A stretch of DNA of 64,000 nt, from the NCBI GenBank assembly GCA_977030845.1, contig OZ365113.1, forward strand, positions 12,958,001-13,022,000. The letters run 5' to 3'. A program made the translations under genes and the position numbers. Numbering within the stretch: the stretch's first letter is position 1; the number at the start of each line of letters is the position of its first letter. The DNA comes from Fimbriosthenelais zetlandica (Eukaryota). Positions 38,585 through 50,722 of the stretch are shown one piece after another. The notes beneath the pieces are model-generated. The model saw only the letters and a program-made list of their open reading frames with translations. It had not been told where the DNA came from and did not search any database.

Positions 38585-41500
38585 GCATTGATTCTGATCA
38601 ACTCGTGAGAAGTAAGAAATCAATGAACGGGCCAGCTAACAGATAATGCGGATACAAAGAGTCAGATCCTTGTGAGAGTTAGGGAGTCATGGATGACAAT
38701 GGATGGTTCAAATAAGTTCTTTTCCAAAGTACCTCGACACCTAAGTTCTGCTATCTATCAATTCAAAGACCTTGCGTTTATAGTATAGCAACACAATGCT
38801 TTAAAGTCATATTCAGTACATTCAATTAATTGAATCGAGAAATGAATTCAGTGTCCAGTCAAGCACGTGTACTTAAGTTTTCACTTAATAAATTTAAAAT
38901 TAAAATTAATCCAATGAGCCTAGGTCGATAGAAAGAGTATCTCTTCACAATAGTAAATCCAGGTCCAATTCCTGCGATCAAAACGTATTATTTTTTTTAT
39001 CAGGATTCAAAGTATTAAGATTTTTAAACTTCAGAGCGACAAGAAATTATCAGCATTCGCAAATTGGTGGTTTTACCAAACATTTGAACCTTGTCGAAAA
39101 CAGGTACTCAAACAAGATCGCAGAAGTTTTTAACAATGTATTCAGCAATAAAGGTCCATCTTCAAGATGATGTAAATATTCAACAGAACCTTAGACTGCC
39201 TTAAATCGAAGTGACAGAAAAGGTTGAAAGGACCATAATCCGCATCTGTAACTAATGTTCAAGAGTACTCATGCCACAGTTGCTCTCCCAAACCTGTCCC
39301 TTACTGGAAGTGTCCCTTACTAGGACCATGTCACTTTTAAAAGCGATATGCTCCTACAAATCTTCCAACTAATGTAAGTAGAACTACTTAGGTAGATTCG
39401 ACATGGATAATATGAAATTATTTCAGAAGCCGTTGGACAATCCATCAAGTTCCAAGTGTAGTGGTGCGGTGCAGGAATTCAAGAACCATTTGTATGTTCC
39501 AGCTGAGTTTATAAAAATCTAAGTTAAGTGTTCAGTGACAACTTAAATGGGTGAAAGTTCCACAAGGTAATTAGTCCGAGATGGCACTCAACCTGGAGAG
39601 GTATTGCCTTCAAGGGCATCCACCACCTGGAGTGGCTTCTCTGGGGATTTCCTTGGTCGGCCCAAAGGAGCACGTGTTAGTGGCATAAAGGCCGTGTTAT
39701 GTCACTCACCATTCATCCACCCTGCTATATAGTTCCATAGCCTCGGCACTGCTGCCCTTCCTCCAGTACCAGAGAGGGGGCTTTACAGGGAATCACGCTT
39801 AATACAATATTTGTATGACACAGGTCGAAGAATCTCATGAAGTATGTTGTGATGTGTATGTAACTTGTAGTGAGGAATGCCTTATGAGGGGGTGACTGGA
39901 GGCAGTGTATAGGCCTACACACCTACATACAGGAGTAACCCTGGAGTGAGAAGGCTGGGCCGGCAGCTGTCACGTGGATACCATGATACACATGTGCCCG
40001 TACGCTGGCGGAAGGTGGAGAAAGCAGGAATAGGTGGTGGTAGAAGTGCCGGAGAAGCAGAAAACTATAACCTCTCTGTCTCCCGCCTTTCCTTCAACAG
40101 TGCAGCCCCCTGCTGCAAGAACACGAAACTAATGGCGAGACCACAAGAGGAAATGGCTTGTGTATAAAGGTAGGTAGGTTTAAGGAAGCATTGCTTCACT
40201 ACATTGCTTCAATCATCTCAGCTGGAGTTGTAGTGATTATACTACCATATGCTCCACCACGATTAACACAATTTAGAAGCTGATTATAATAAGATGCTGC
40301 AACTTAGCCTTTTCAATGAAACTCAATAAAGCCGATACCGTAAGACAAAATCGGAGAAAGAGTAAGAGACATCACAGACTAGACAGTTGTGGACGAATCT
40401 GTAGAAATGCTGTTAAATACTTCAGTTATTCAAGACTAAAAAAGACACTTGTACATATGGAAATCTACCCGGGATTTTAATTCACCAAGGTTGCGATTCC
40501 GATGATGACTATTGTGAACGTAGACAATAAGTCAAATGTATTGTATGGCAGAAACTGTGCCCATCCACTAAAACCTGATGCCTGGAAAGCTTCCGTTGTT
40601 TGACAATACATTACTTAGGAAAATGTCCAATAACTTAATGAACTGTTCTCCCTCCGCCAAACATTTGCAGCAAATAGCCTAGAGCCATGCCAAACACGCC
40701 TGTTTCTTGGGCAAAATACCAGTGTTCAATAAATTGGCAATTTGGATATTAAGTCCATTTTGGCTATAATGGAAATGATTATTCTGGATATGCTTTTCCA
40801 ATTCACCTTTTTGTCATTTTAGTCTCTGTTCCTTTGTTTTTTAAGCCAGGTAGGCTGAGTGCAATTTTCCAACTAAACAATCCATAAGCATGCGCAAAAC
40901 AAACAAAAAGCCATCGGCGTCAGACTGTTTTATTTGAAACGATAGAAGCCCATCGATCTCAATGTTTCAGAATAGAAATAAATCAATAGGAACATGGCAG
41001 CGGGTATTGCCTTTATAAATGGCCCGTGGAAAAAGACAGTTTTTTTGTTTCTGGCGAGTGAACACCTAATTTACACTATCAGATTACTGTGATGGAAAGG
41101 GAAGGCACGGCATATCACTCTCCTCAAATATTTCACCCACTTCCATTACGTAAGAGAAGTCTTTTTAATTCAGGAATGATTTGGACATGCATTTCAACTG
41201 GGTATAGAATTGAAGGTGGCTTTGTATTTGAGTCGTTGAATCAGATATTTAAGTATACATCAAGTCTGTACCAATACTGAAATAATTAAGAAAATAATAA
41301 GGAATCATTAAGTAAATGATTCATTTGAAAACGGTACCCAAACTTCATCCTGAGACTTCCACAAGTGGAATTTGACACAGGCCGCTGTATAGAACAGGTA
41401 CACTTCAAAGTTATATGTTTGTACCACCATTTTAATATAGTGGAATGGTACATTTGACATCATGCATTAAAATCGTTCAATATCTTTTAAATAAATAACA

Positions 41501-44500
41501 TCCATTAAAAGGAAAAGTAGGACGATTTACAAATAGATGCATCAAGTAATTGTACACATCAAAGCATTTAAAAGTGGGTTACTGAGGTGGTTATACTGTA
41601 CTGTGCCACAACTCTTTCATTTACGACTTTGAGAGATTTTAGGAGTACTGTGGGGATGGCTACAACGGAGGTATACAATGGAATCTTGGATTAATGTAGT
41701 CATTTGAATTGCGCAAAATGCACTAGCGGAAACAAATTTAGATGAGGATATATCCCGATCAAATTAAGTAGATGCATAAAAGGCAAGTGCATGATTTGAG
41801 TGGAACTTTTTCAAACAGAGCAGAGTGCCTTAATTAAATCATTCATTGGACGTTTTGTTCCATATCAGAACATCAGACTCAAAGAACACGAAAAGTCAAT
41901 ACCGTTTTCGGCCATGACTTATAGACTAGAGGGGGTTGGGGAGAGGCATATTTTTCCCCATGACTTTGCGGTACAAGTCTTATCAAAAAGCCTCGACCCT
42001 GGGAATTATGTACCTTACATGGCCTAGATCCTCGTGAACCCTAACCCCCAACCCCACGCACATTCCAGGCATTAGCTTTCAGGCAGATCCACCCCCAGGC
42101 TCAACCCTGGAAACGAGGGTTGTATGCTATATGGTCGGCACCCTCTATTTTAACAAGCAGTCTCAAAGAATGACAGATGTCATCAAGTACGGACAACAGG
42201 TTTTAAGTCTTACATCGATCACGACTTGTCTGGTATTTTGCCTTTAGATGGTAAGATTTCTTCCCCAATAAAAATCAAGATTACAAATATTGTACTGATA
42301 CAAAAATTGTTCCATCATCCGAAACAATAAGCATGTATGGCTTTGTATAATATACGAGTACAATTCATCAGGAATTTTCACACTTCACGTTACACTGAAG
42401 TTCCCCAATCACAAATGACAGGGCATTAAGACGGGAATTCACAGTGATGAGAAAAGATAAATACAGTGTCATTAATGTTTATCACTGCATTATACCTAAA
42501 CAGAGAACCATAAATGACCAGAAAAAGCAAATAGAAGTAGTGAAACTGATCAGATATCTTAGGTATGTGCCTTCATCTACATGATTCAGGAGGCCGTAAT
42601 CTCCTGTCAGACGCCATAAAGATTGCCATAAAGATATAATTTGATTGGCTTTTTCCCTACGTTGAGTTGGTGGATTAATCTTGGACAGATATGGAAGCTT
42701 ACATTTTAAAATGTCTGGCGCAATAGATAGAGAAGTCATTTATCAAGCAATAATTGGACGGGTGATTGATACTGCTGCCAAGCACTGGCCAGCCTGAGTA
42801 GACATTTACAGGATAAACTGACGTGCAGATAAGAGATACCTTCTCCCTTTTTACCAGCAAATCTATTGTTATATATAAACTGGTGATCCAGTCCCGTGTA
42901 TTTAAGGGGGCGACTCAGATACTAATCTAGTAATCAATGAGGTTTTAACCCGTATGACGAATTATGATTTTATTATTTAATATCATATAACATCATCTCG
43001 TCAAGTTCTTTTAGAGACATCCTCCGTTCCATTTTCATGGGTTATTTTATAGTTAAAATGCCTTATTTTAAGCTGTAAATATAGATTTTTGTTAACAAAA
43101 GAATAGTGTATAGCCATGATTGTAGGACGTTTCTTAAGTACTTGTCGATCATAATAAATGGAACAAATAATGCACATATCCTAACATGGCTTTTCACTCT
43201 CCTTGGGCAATTTGTCAGTTTTATCCATGATCTGATGGGATAGGGACATGACACCGATCAATTTATACAAGGATGAGACGCTGTCGTAACTTTAAAAACG
43301 AGATAGAATCAGGGTTATGATCCTTCCAGCTAAATAAATAGAAATCCTTCAACTGCCATACATTTCTCCCACAAATCGCAAGAAGATACATGTGTTAGAT
43401 ATAAAACAAGTTCACCTTTGGGTGTGAACGACTCAATTTATATTATGCTTTAAGTTTTTATGAAGCAAAACTTCTCTCGGTCAGGTTCATTCATCGCGGA
43501 AATCTCCATAATATGCTGAATGCACATAAAAACCACCATAGAACCTGCTATTTTTTGTTATGGAGAAAATGACATATTCTTTCATTGAAAGTTCATTTCA
43601 AACTGCAATTGAGGAGATTTATTATAGGCGGGAATCGACGGTCTGTGTACTCATTTGTAATAATCAAAAAGTGCAATCACTGGAGGGAAATGCTAGAAAT
43701 TTACAATAGAAGAATTAATAAGGACTAAAGTCTCAAGATATCCACGAAGCTCCCTTGTTACACGCTTTACAAAGCGAGGAAAAGAATCATCTGAGAAGGT
43801 TTTAATTGAGATCCTCCCCGCGAGAGAGTAAGGCGTTTTGTGAAAGGAAAAACTTCAAAGAACCTAAGTATGGCATATAGAATGAAAGTCATTACTTTAT
43901 GCATCCCCAGCCCTTTTGATGTTCCAACAGAGCCATCCCTAATGAGCGGTAACATATTATGTTCGATTTTTTAAATGTTTTTTTTATCAGCAGATGTTAA
44001 GAGGAATGAAAGGAACTTATGCTGAACTTTTCCACATAACTTCACATGGAACAAAGCACTTTGGGTTAAAAAAATTCAAATAGTTTCAATGCACTTCTCA
44101 GCCACTAAAATGGGAACAAATGCGATCTTCCAAGAAAGGCAGAAACTTGTCTCCAGCCAGTGTCAGGGTATACTTTTCATATACTACTTGCGAATGACAA
44201 TTTCTATACAAGGAGGGAACTTTCAAGTGGGATGACCAAAACGCCATGGGCAATTTCGTAAATATGACAACACAAATTCATAGCTCTGTTAAATACAATC
44301 GCATCATTAGATTCTGTGCCTGTTATTACTGAATTTTTAAATATCGGCCTACTGATAAAGATACATGAACCAGCTGAAGGGTATGCCTAAAGGGTCACCA
44401 GATAAACAATAATTTACAAATTCTACAATCTGTAAAAATTCCAATACCAATCCCCAGGTATTTCTGCCTGGAAGAATAGGTAATAAAAGCCTAGGAAACC

Positions 44501-44734
44501 ATTAGATCGTCTATACCAGCCAGCAATGTATTATCAAAGCCGACACTGCCAGCTGTAAAAAGCATGCGTTCCCATGGCAACCGGAAAAATTCTATTAATC
44601 TTAGGGTGGAGAGGAGATGGATCTTCGTTCTCCATAATTTATCAGATCTGGTGTTGACAGGTTCGCCGCGACCCTCACCAGGTAATGCAAGTTGACATTG
44701 AGTGATGGTAGTGGTAAGCGCGAACATACACTCG

Positions 44735-44754
44735 CCCCCCCCCCCCCCCCCCCC
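44735..44754. repeat. C20 homopolymer
   Basis: Run of 20 C. Confidence 0.85.
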
Positions 44755-45465
44755 TCCCGCGAAACCCACTCACCCACAAACGCACGCCCACACACCATAA
44801 AGGATTGATGATGGCTACTGGAGCCGTCACAAACACCTAGTAAATGTAACAAAATTTACAATCATGAATAATAATAGATTTTAAATTATTTTCTCACAAA
44901 TTTAATTTTGGTGGAATGAGCAAATGACCCATGTTGTTTCAATGAAGAAGTCATTTTTGTTGACAGTTGTGCGTGATGAGAAAGTTTGTAAACTTTGAAA
45001 GTCAGAGAAACATATTTAGTGCGTTCTCATGACTAGTGATTATAGAGTCGGAGGGTAGGAATGAATCCAGGGTTCAGGTAAAATGTTCAGGACCGAGGAC
45101 AACTAATTAACTGTTTTAGATTATTCGAAAGTGAATGTGACGTAGTACGAGGGGTTGTTTTCATGCCTTCTCTGATTAAATGGTATCGACTAACAACAAC
45201 TTAATTCAGATAAAACGGCGAAAATGTGTAGCCTAACCAAAATGTCAGCACAAAGGAGACCAGAAAAAGAAAAATCTCGGTTATCAGAGATTAAACATCG
45301 GGATTTCCCTGTAGACTTAGAACCAATATTCGTCCCATTGATCATGTACGCCTTTAGCTTTATGTATTATTCCAACCATAGGTAACTAAATAAATTACAT
45401 GTACAAGCAAGGTAAAACCCAAGACATGGAAACTGAGGAAAGATTAGATTATAAGACGTACTTAC

Positions 45466-45583
45466 CTCATTTTCACGTTGGGTAGGCTAAACGTGCTGCT
45501 GGTCCTATGTGTTGCTCATATCGATGGACGGCAGACGATGGCTATGGCTATGGCTATGGCTACAATAAGGATCGTGGAGATAT
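45466..45583 (-). other. Probable non-coding 5' leader exon (118 nt) of the minus-strand gene, containing (ATAGCC)n
   Basis: Acceptor ttttattttcag| and donor GAG|GTAAGT; GC-richer than flanks; no long ORF. Confidence 0.65.
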
Positions 45584-46629
45584 CTGAAAATAAAATTTAA
45601 AAAAAATCGTTATAGATGTGTGCCGATAGAGCAAAACCAATGTATGGCTACCGGTAAAATCATTTATAAATCTATCACAAGGTAGACTTATCACTAATTT
45701 ACAATACCGGTATGGGATAGACCTAGGCCTACTTGAAACACGTTACCGGTAGACTACCGGTAATTTTTTTTCGTTTTCATTTTTACAGTAGCCTAGGCCT
45801 ATTACCCAGACAGTAGGCTACCAGGTAGGCCTACTTAGCTTAGCCTAGGCTACTGTAGGCCTACTTTATAAAATTCAACATAGCAATGCCTAACCACAGG
45901 TTTTTAAAACATTAGTGGCGACCTCTCTTTGTTCAGACATGAACTAGATTTATAAGCCGTTCACGAAATCTGCCTGTCTTTGAATTCCATCTAACGGTAG
46001 AAAATATAACCTATTAGCATTTACTATCCTTGCTATTAAGGCCTAGTATACCCCCTAAAATTACTTTAAAAAATTAAACGAATATAATTTTCAATAGCAA
46101 TAGACTCTTTAAGGAGATATAAATTAATATCGGTATATTGAACCTAAAATTAGGCTAAATACAAATTTTAAATCAAGCCTACAGTCTTAACATAAACTGA
46201 TAAACGAGTAGAACTATAATGGTTACGTACTCTGCATTCAAAATATACAGCAGGCATTAAAATAATACAGATAGATCTATAAGGCTCATCCTCAGGCTCA
46301 GGACTCAAGACTCAACTTCAATTTGACATGCCAAATTCAATGTCAGAGGTAAAGTTGATATTCTTGGACAAATGTAGATCCTTCATGCCAAATCATTAAA
46401 GGTGTTGACAATATACTGACAAGTACTTGTATCTACTTTAAACAGGTCTAATAATATGCTAACTGTTACTTCAATGTACGGTAACGTTTAGAGTTGGACT
46501 TGGAGGGAACTCACCAATAAACATAAAACAACACTGCATCACCCCGGCGGCCCCATGAACAGCGATACATATTGGTCATTGCTCGTTACATCTGGCGTAA
46601 ATGAATTAAAATATGCGGTCTATACTCAC

Positions 46630-46800
46630 ATCTGTCATTCAGCGACAATGTTCACAATGTTTAGTGCGATAATAATCCAGCTATGCCACTTATTATTACA
46701 CGCAAACCGGGTACACTCGTGAAGGGTTTCCCCAACGGAAGTGCCATTAGGCTCCGGGCATTGTGGGTAATAAAAAGAGTAGGATCGTCTGCATGGAAAT
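46630..46800 (-). other. Possible first (leader) exon of the minus-strand gene; 5' boundary approximate
   Basis: Donor GAT|GTGAGT at 46630/46629; CpG-containing sequence upstream; no good acceptor seen. Confidence 0.4.
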
Positions 46801-47307
46801 TCTAGGCTTTGTTTCAAAGTGTTACGCTATTTATCATCACTTTTGAATAGAAAATAAACAAAATATACGACCACTGGTTGTCCCTAAAAGCGTTCGAACA
46901 TATCTGACATTTCTTTTTGGTATAGAAACATAGTAATTGCCTATAACCCCTATTATCGCTCACAACACTTTTAGTTTCAGATTTACTTGCAAGGTGGCAT
47001 AAGCTACCGGTACCGTAACTTACTTTCCCGCCGGGCTTTCCTAGAGACATGATTGTATGCATATACAAAATAACATGTTTCACTTTTTTCCAAGAAAGAT
47101 CAAACAAAAATAGGCCAGATCTATGCATATAGACCTGTTAGACGGTAGGCCAAGGCCTAGGGAGGGGTCATTATTTTACGGCCGGGGTTGAAGTGTGTGT
47201 TGCATAGGCCTACCTGGATGATTCGTTGAGGACAGTCAAGATTCCCGGAATTAGGCTACATTTATCGCTCTCTAAAATGGAGAGCGCCCTGCATCTCCAG
47301 TGTAAGA

Positions 47308-47380
47308 CAGGGCCGTAGCCAGGGGGGGGGGGGGGGGGGGGGCTAAAGGGGCTGCAGCCCCCCCCCCCCCCCCCCCTTAC
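47308..47380. repeat. G21 / ggggctgcagcccc / C19 fold-back, likely part of a dispersed non-autonomous repeat (with the ggggcttcgccccctgggcccc segment near 47896-47917)
   Basis: G-run 47322-47342 complementary to C-run 47358-47376 around a palindromic core. Confidence 0.55.
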
Positions 47381-47404
47381 CAAAATCAAGTAAAGTTTTT
47401 TTAA

Positions 47405-47585
47405 TGTCCCTCGCTTGACACTCAGCAAAAACAGGACAGTAGGCTACTAGGATTGGTCAACTCAGTGTCAGTATATATGACTGTGTGAGGTCCATGTCAT
47501 GTGCCTGTGATGTGATATGCCTACCCCAGTGAAGGATACCTCAGTGAGACATCACTATAGAGCATTGGGCTCACTGTCACAACTA
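47405..47585 (+). mobile_element. Degraded SINE-like fragment (central domain); shorter antisense pieces at about 48437-48490 and 48690-48735
   Basis: cactcagca...ctaggattggtcaactcagtgtcagtata...cagtgagacatcactatagagcattgggctcactg resembles, from memory, the conserved core of widespread invertebrate tRNA-SINEs; the segment gcattgggctcact recurs in reverse complement twice downstream. Needs a Dfam/Repbase check. Confidence 0.4.
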
Positions 47586-48258
47586 GGTAGGCCTAGGCCT
47601 ATATTACCGCCTAGATCGAGATGTTCTAACTCTATCCACTCCCTGCGCTCCCTCCTGTTTCATTTCTTTCCTATAGACCTAATCCACACCCTTACCGTGC
47701 CCCTATATAAGGCCTACCCTCCATTCCATGTCATTCCCTTCCCCGGCAATGCTCCTCCCCTCCCCCTTGATTTTCTGCCCCTCTCTGGGTTACCACATGT
47801 ATACGTCAGAAAAAAAAATTTCATAGGGGTTGACAGAGAAAAGTGTCCAGAAATGCTCTTAAAAATCCCTCAAGATTCTGAAGCCATGAGCTTCCGGGGG
47901 CTTCGCCCCCTGGGCCCCCACAAGGGACACTGTCACTGGCCCCCAGTAGGCCTATGCCTATATAGGCTCCTAAGGCGGCACCCCAGGCGATTCTAATTCC
48001 TGCAGGAGGTTTAATTTTCTTGTGGTAAACAATAAATAATCATAATTCTAAGTTTAGGCCTACTGACATAGTGCGTTACTCTAATCTATTTTGAAATATC
48101 AAAAATAGGCCTATAGAACATAGATTGATTGGAGAAAACAATTTTATTAAGGGCAACCAAGTGTTGGTAAGGGCGACCATTGATTTATAGTAGCCTAGGT
48201 CGCCCTGCTGGCGACCAGGGTAGCCTATTTTACTAAATTTAGGGAGCCTGGACCCCTG

Positions 48259-48735
48259 CAATAGGCCTACCTAGGGCTAGGCCTACTATTTTCAGTCATT
48301 TCAATTTATGCCCTTTATGTTCAAATACCTAGTAAACCCCCGCTAGGCTAGTTCACAGGCATCAGTAATTTTCTATCCCAGGTGCTGGGAAATCACATCT
48401 CCGGGCTTCTAGATTTCAAAATTTTTCAGTTATCATGTTAGTGAGCCCAATGCTATTCTATACTGCTGTCTCATTCAGGTAGGCCTATCATGCCACCAAT
48501 AGGCCTACCTAGGGCTAGGTCAACTATTTTCGGTCATTTCAATTTATGTCTCTATGTTCAAATACCTAGTAAACCCCCGCTAGTCGAGTTCACAGGCATC
48601 AGTCATTTTCTGTCCCAGGTGCTGGGAAATCACATCTCCGGGCTTCTAGATTTCAAATTTTTTCAGTTATCATGACGGTGCCTATTTGTGTTAGTGAGCC
48701 CAATGCTATTCTATACTGCTGTCTCATTGAGGTAG
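48259..48735. repeat. Tandem duplication, 238-bp unit, about 94% identical plus a 16-bp insertion in copy 2
   Basis: Copy 1 48259-48496 and copy 2 48497-48735 align directly by eye. Confidence 0.92.
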
Positions 48736-48886
48736 ATAATCATTCAGTCAGACGTCAGTCCGAAAGATTTCTGGATGATTTTGGTGCTTTCCTATAATGT
48801 AAAAATAAAATGCTGAGCGATGCCCCAGGACTAGTCTGGTCAGGGATGGTCGATTTTCCTTGGTCTGGCTATGATAGGCCTACAGT

Positions 48887-48972
48887 GCAGCCACCTAGTG
48901 TTTACCTTGTGCATCGAGAGTGAACTGAGCTCCGCCGCGCCTTTACTTCAGCGGTAAACCACCAGGTGCCAG
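48887..48972. promoter_or_regulatory. Divergent pair of CTCF-like motifs
   Basis: Minus strand ACACTAGGTGGCTGC (48901-48887) and plus strand CCACCAGGTGCCAG (48959-48972), compared with the core CCACYAGGTGGCAG. Confidence 0.35.
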
Positions 48973-50300
48973 CACTGTTTCTAGTCGCTGAGTGCCCAGG
49001 GCCAAGCCGGTTAATGCCGGCGTCGCTAGGAATTTTCAGACGGCGTTTGTAGATCTATTAAAGCACCTAAATCAGACAGAATTGAAATCAGTTGGTAAAT
49101 GTACATGGAAAATCTATTGCATCCAAAAGAACAGAGCTACGCTGCCTGTAAACTTGTAAACGGCGAGAGAAATTATAAGTGAGCGATAATAGAGGTTTTG
49201 GCAGATCCCGCCCCAGAACGAGCATTGACCGTCCAGTGGCTCCCTCGCCACCTATACGGCAAATGAAGGAACTAAGATAAGAGAACTTTCTCCCCTATGC
49301 GACTACCCCACCACCGGCAAAAGCGGGAACTAATGCTCAATGCTAAGTGAATGGTAGCCATTGATAATTCATAATTATTTACAGGGCACCCGCCCAACCA
49401 AATTTGTCTAGGCCTACCGGTACTTCACGTTTTCATAATTTATAGGGTTTTAGCCAAGGCATTGTTTGTAATTTCAGCCCATGCATGTTACTGTACGAAA
49501 ATTTATTTTGGGCGGCAGGGTGCTCGCCATTCAGTTGTAAATTCTTTGGGGATGGATAAGCCTATGTTTTTAGAGGGTGCACTCTATCTTTCAGAGCGCC
49601 CGCCTTATAGGCCTATGATGGCATTGATAGGCTATTACACAAAATTACTTTGGGGGTGCTCTGAAAAAGTTTGCAGGGCGCTCGCCTGAATTTTGCCGGG
49701 TGGTGAAGATGAGATTCCGGATAGGCCTATCTTGACTATAATGGATTCGTCCGACAAGTGGCTTTCCATGTTGTTCTTAGCCTAACGGCTAACCTCCTCC
49801 TTTTCGGTGCCTGGTCAAGTGTGGTAGGGGCAGAGTTGCGCGATCTGGAAGAAAGGAGCGAAGATAATAATAACACAATCTACAAAATGACGAAGGAAAA
49901 GCAATCATGCTAGGAGGCCTAGGCCTAACATAGAAATGTGTTATCATAAGCCTAGGCCTATATTAAAAATTAGACTAGGCCTAATTATTTGTCTAGTAGG
50001 CCTAAGCCTACATAGGCCTAAAAGGAATTAGACTACGGTATCAGAAATGTTGTGTTTTCTATCACACAAGTTTCATCAGCTTAGGCCTAATTAATTATAA
50101 GCATAGGCCTAATCCTCAATTAAAATCTCATTGTTTTTATTTTGCGCCCTTTATATTAGAACATAGACATAATTCTATGTCTATGATTAGAACTGTAGTG
50201 TAACTGCATAGGGAGATTCTTTATGTTGGTAGTGCCTACCGGCAGGTGCCGCCACAGTGCTAGGCCTGTATGAGAGCGTTGTAACGGGTGTGCGCTTTGA

Positions 50301-50309
50301 ACCGGAAGT
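50301..50309 (+). promoter_or_regulatory. ETS consensus site, probable core promoter of the zinc-finger gene
   Basis: ACCGGAAGT exact match about 380 bp upstream of the inferred start codon. Confidence 0.45.
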
Positions 50310-50688
50310 CTATGATCCATGTTTACTTTCATCCCTCCACCCTGTGTAGGCCCAGATTACTTGACAATTTCTGGATTAACGTCACCTCTCACTTAGTGGG
50401 AAATGTTCTGTTAATACTTGATCATCTTCTTGTTCACTAATTCGGATCTGAATGTTTTATATTTTATAACGCCAAACTAGGAAGTAAGAGATAAGAATAA
50501 GATCCTGTTTTAACTAGGCTATGGCCTAACCCAGGCCTGGGCGAGAGTGAAAATTGGGCCATTGGCATTGACATGGTTTCTGATAGTTATGTAGTAGACC
50601 TTCTCATTAGACATTACCAAAGGTGACACCAATGTCTACCAATGGTTTGGAACTTTTGATATCGAAAGAGGAATAATTATTTCACAAC

Positions 50689-50722
50689 ATGACTGGAACA
50701 TCGATGTCCCAACCAGATACAG
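50689..50722 (+). CDS. Zinc-finger gene coding exon 1 (MTGTSMSQPDT, phase 1)
   Basis: ATG in acaacATG; donor CAG|GTAGGC; phase joins exon 2 in frame; acceptor ttctcattag at 50610. Confidence 0.6.

Noticed and set aside
40820-40856. RS-like site on the plus strand (ttcctttgttttttaagccag|GTAGGC)
   Set aside because: Antisense to the host gene with no plus-strand gene context; kept as a background control showing such sites can arise by chance
47517-47996. 159-aa ORF
   Set aside because: Runs through SINE-like, low-complexity and repeat sequence; no coding features
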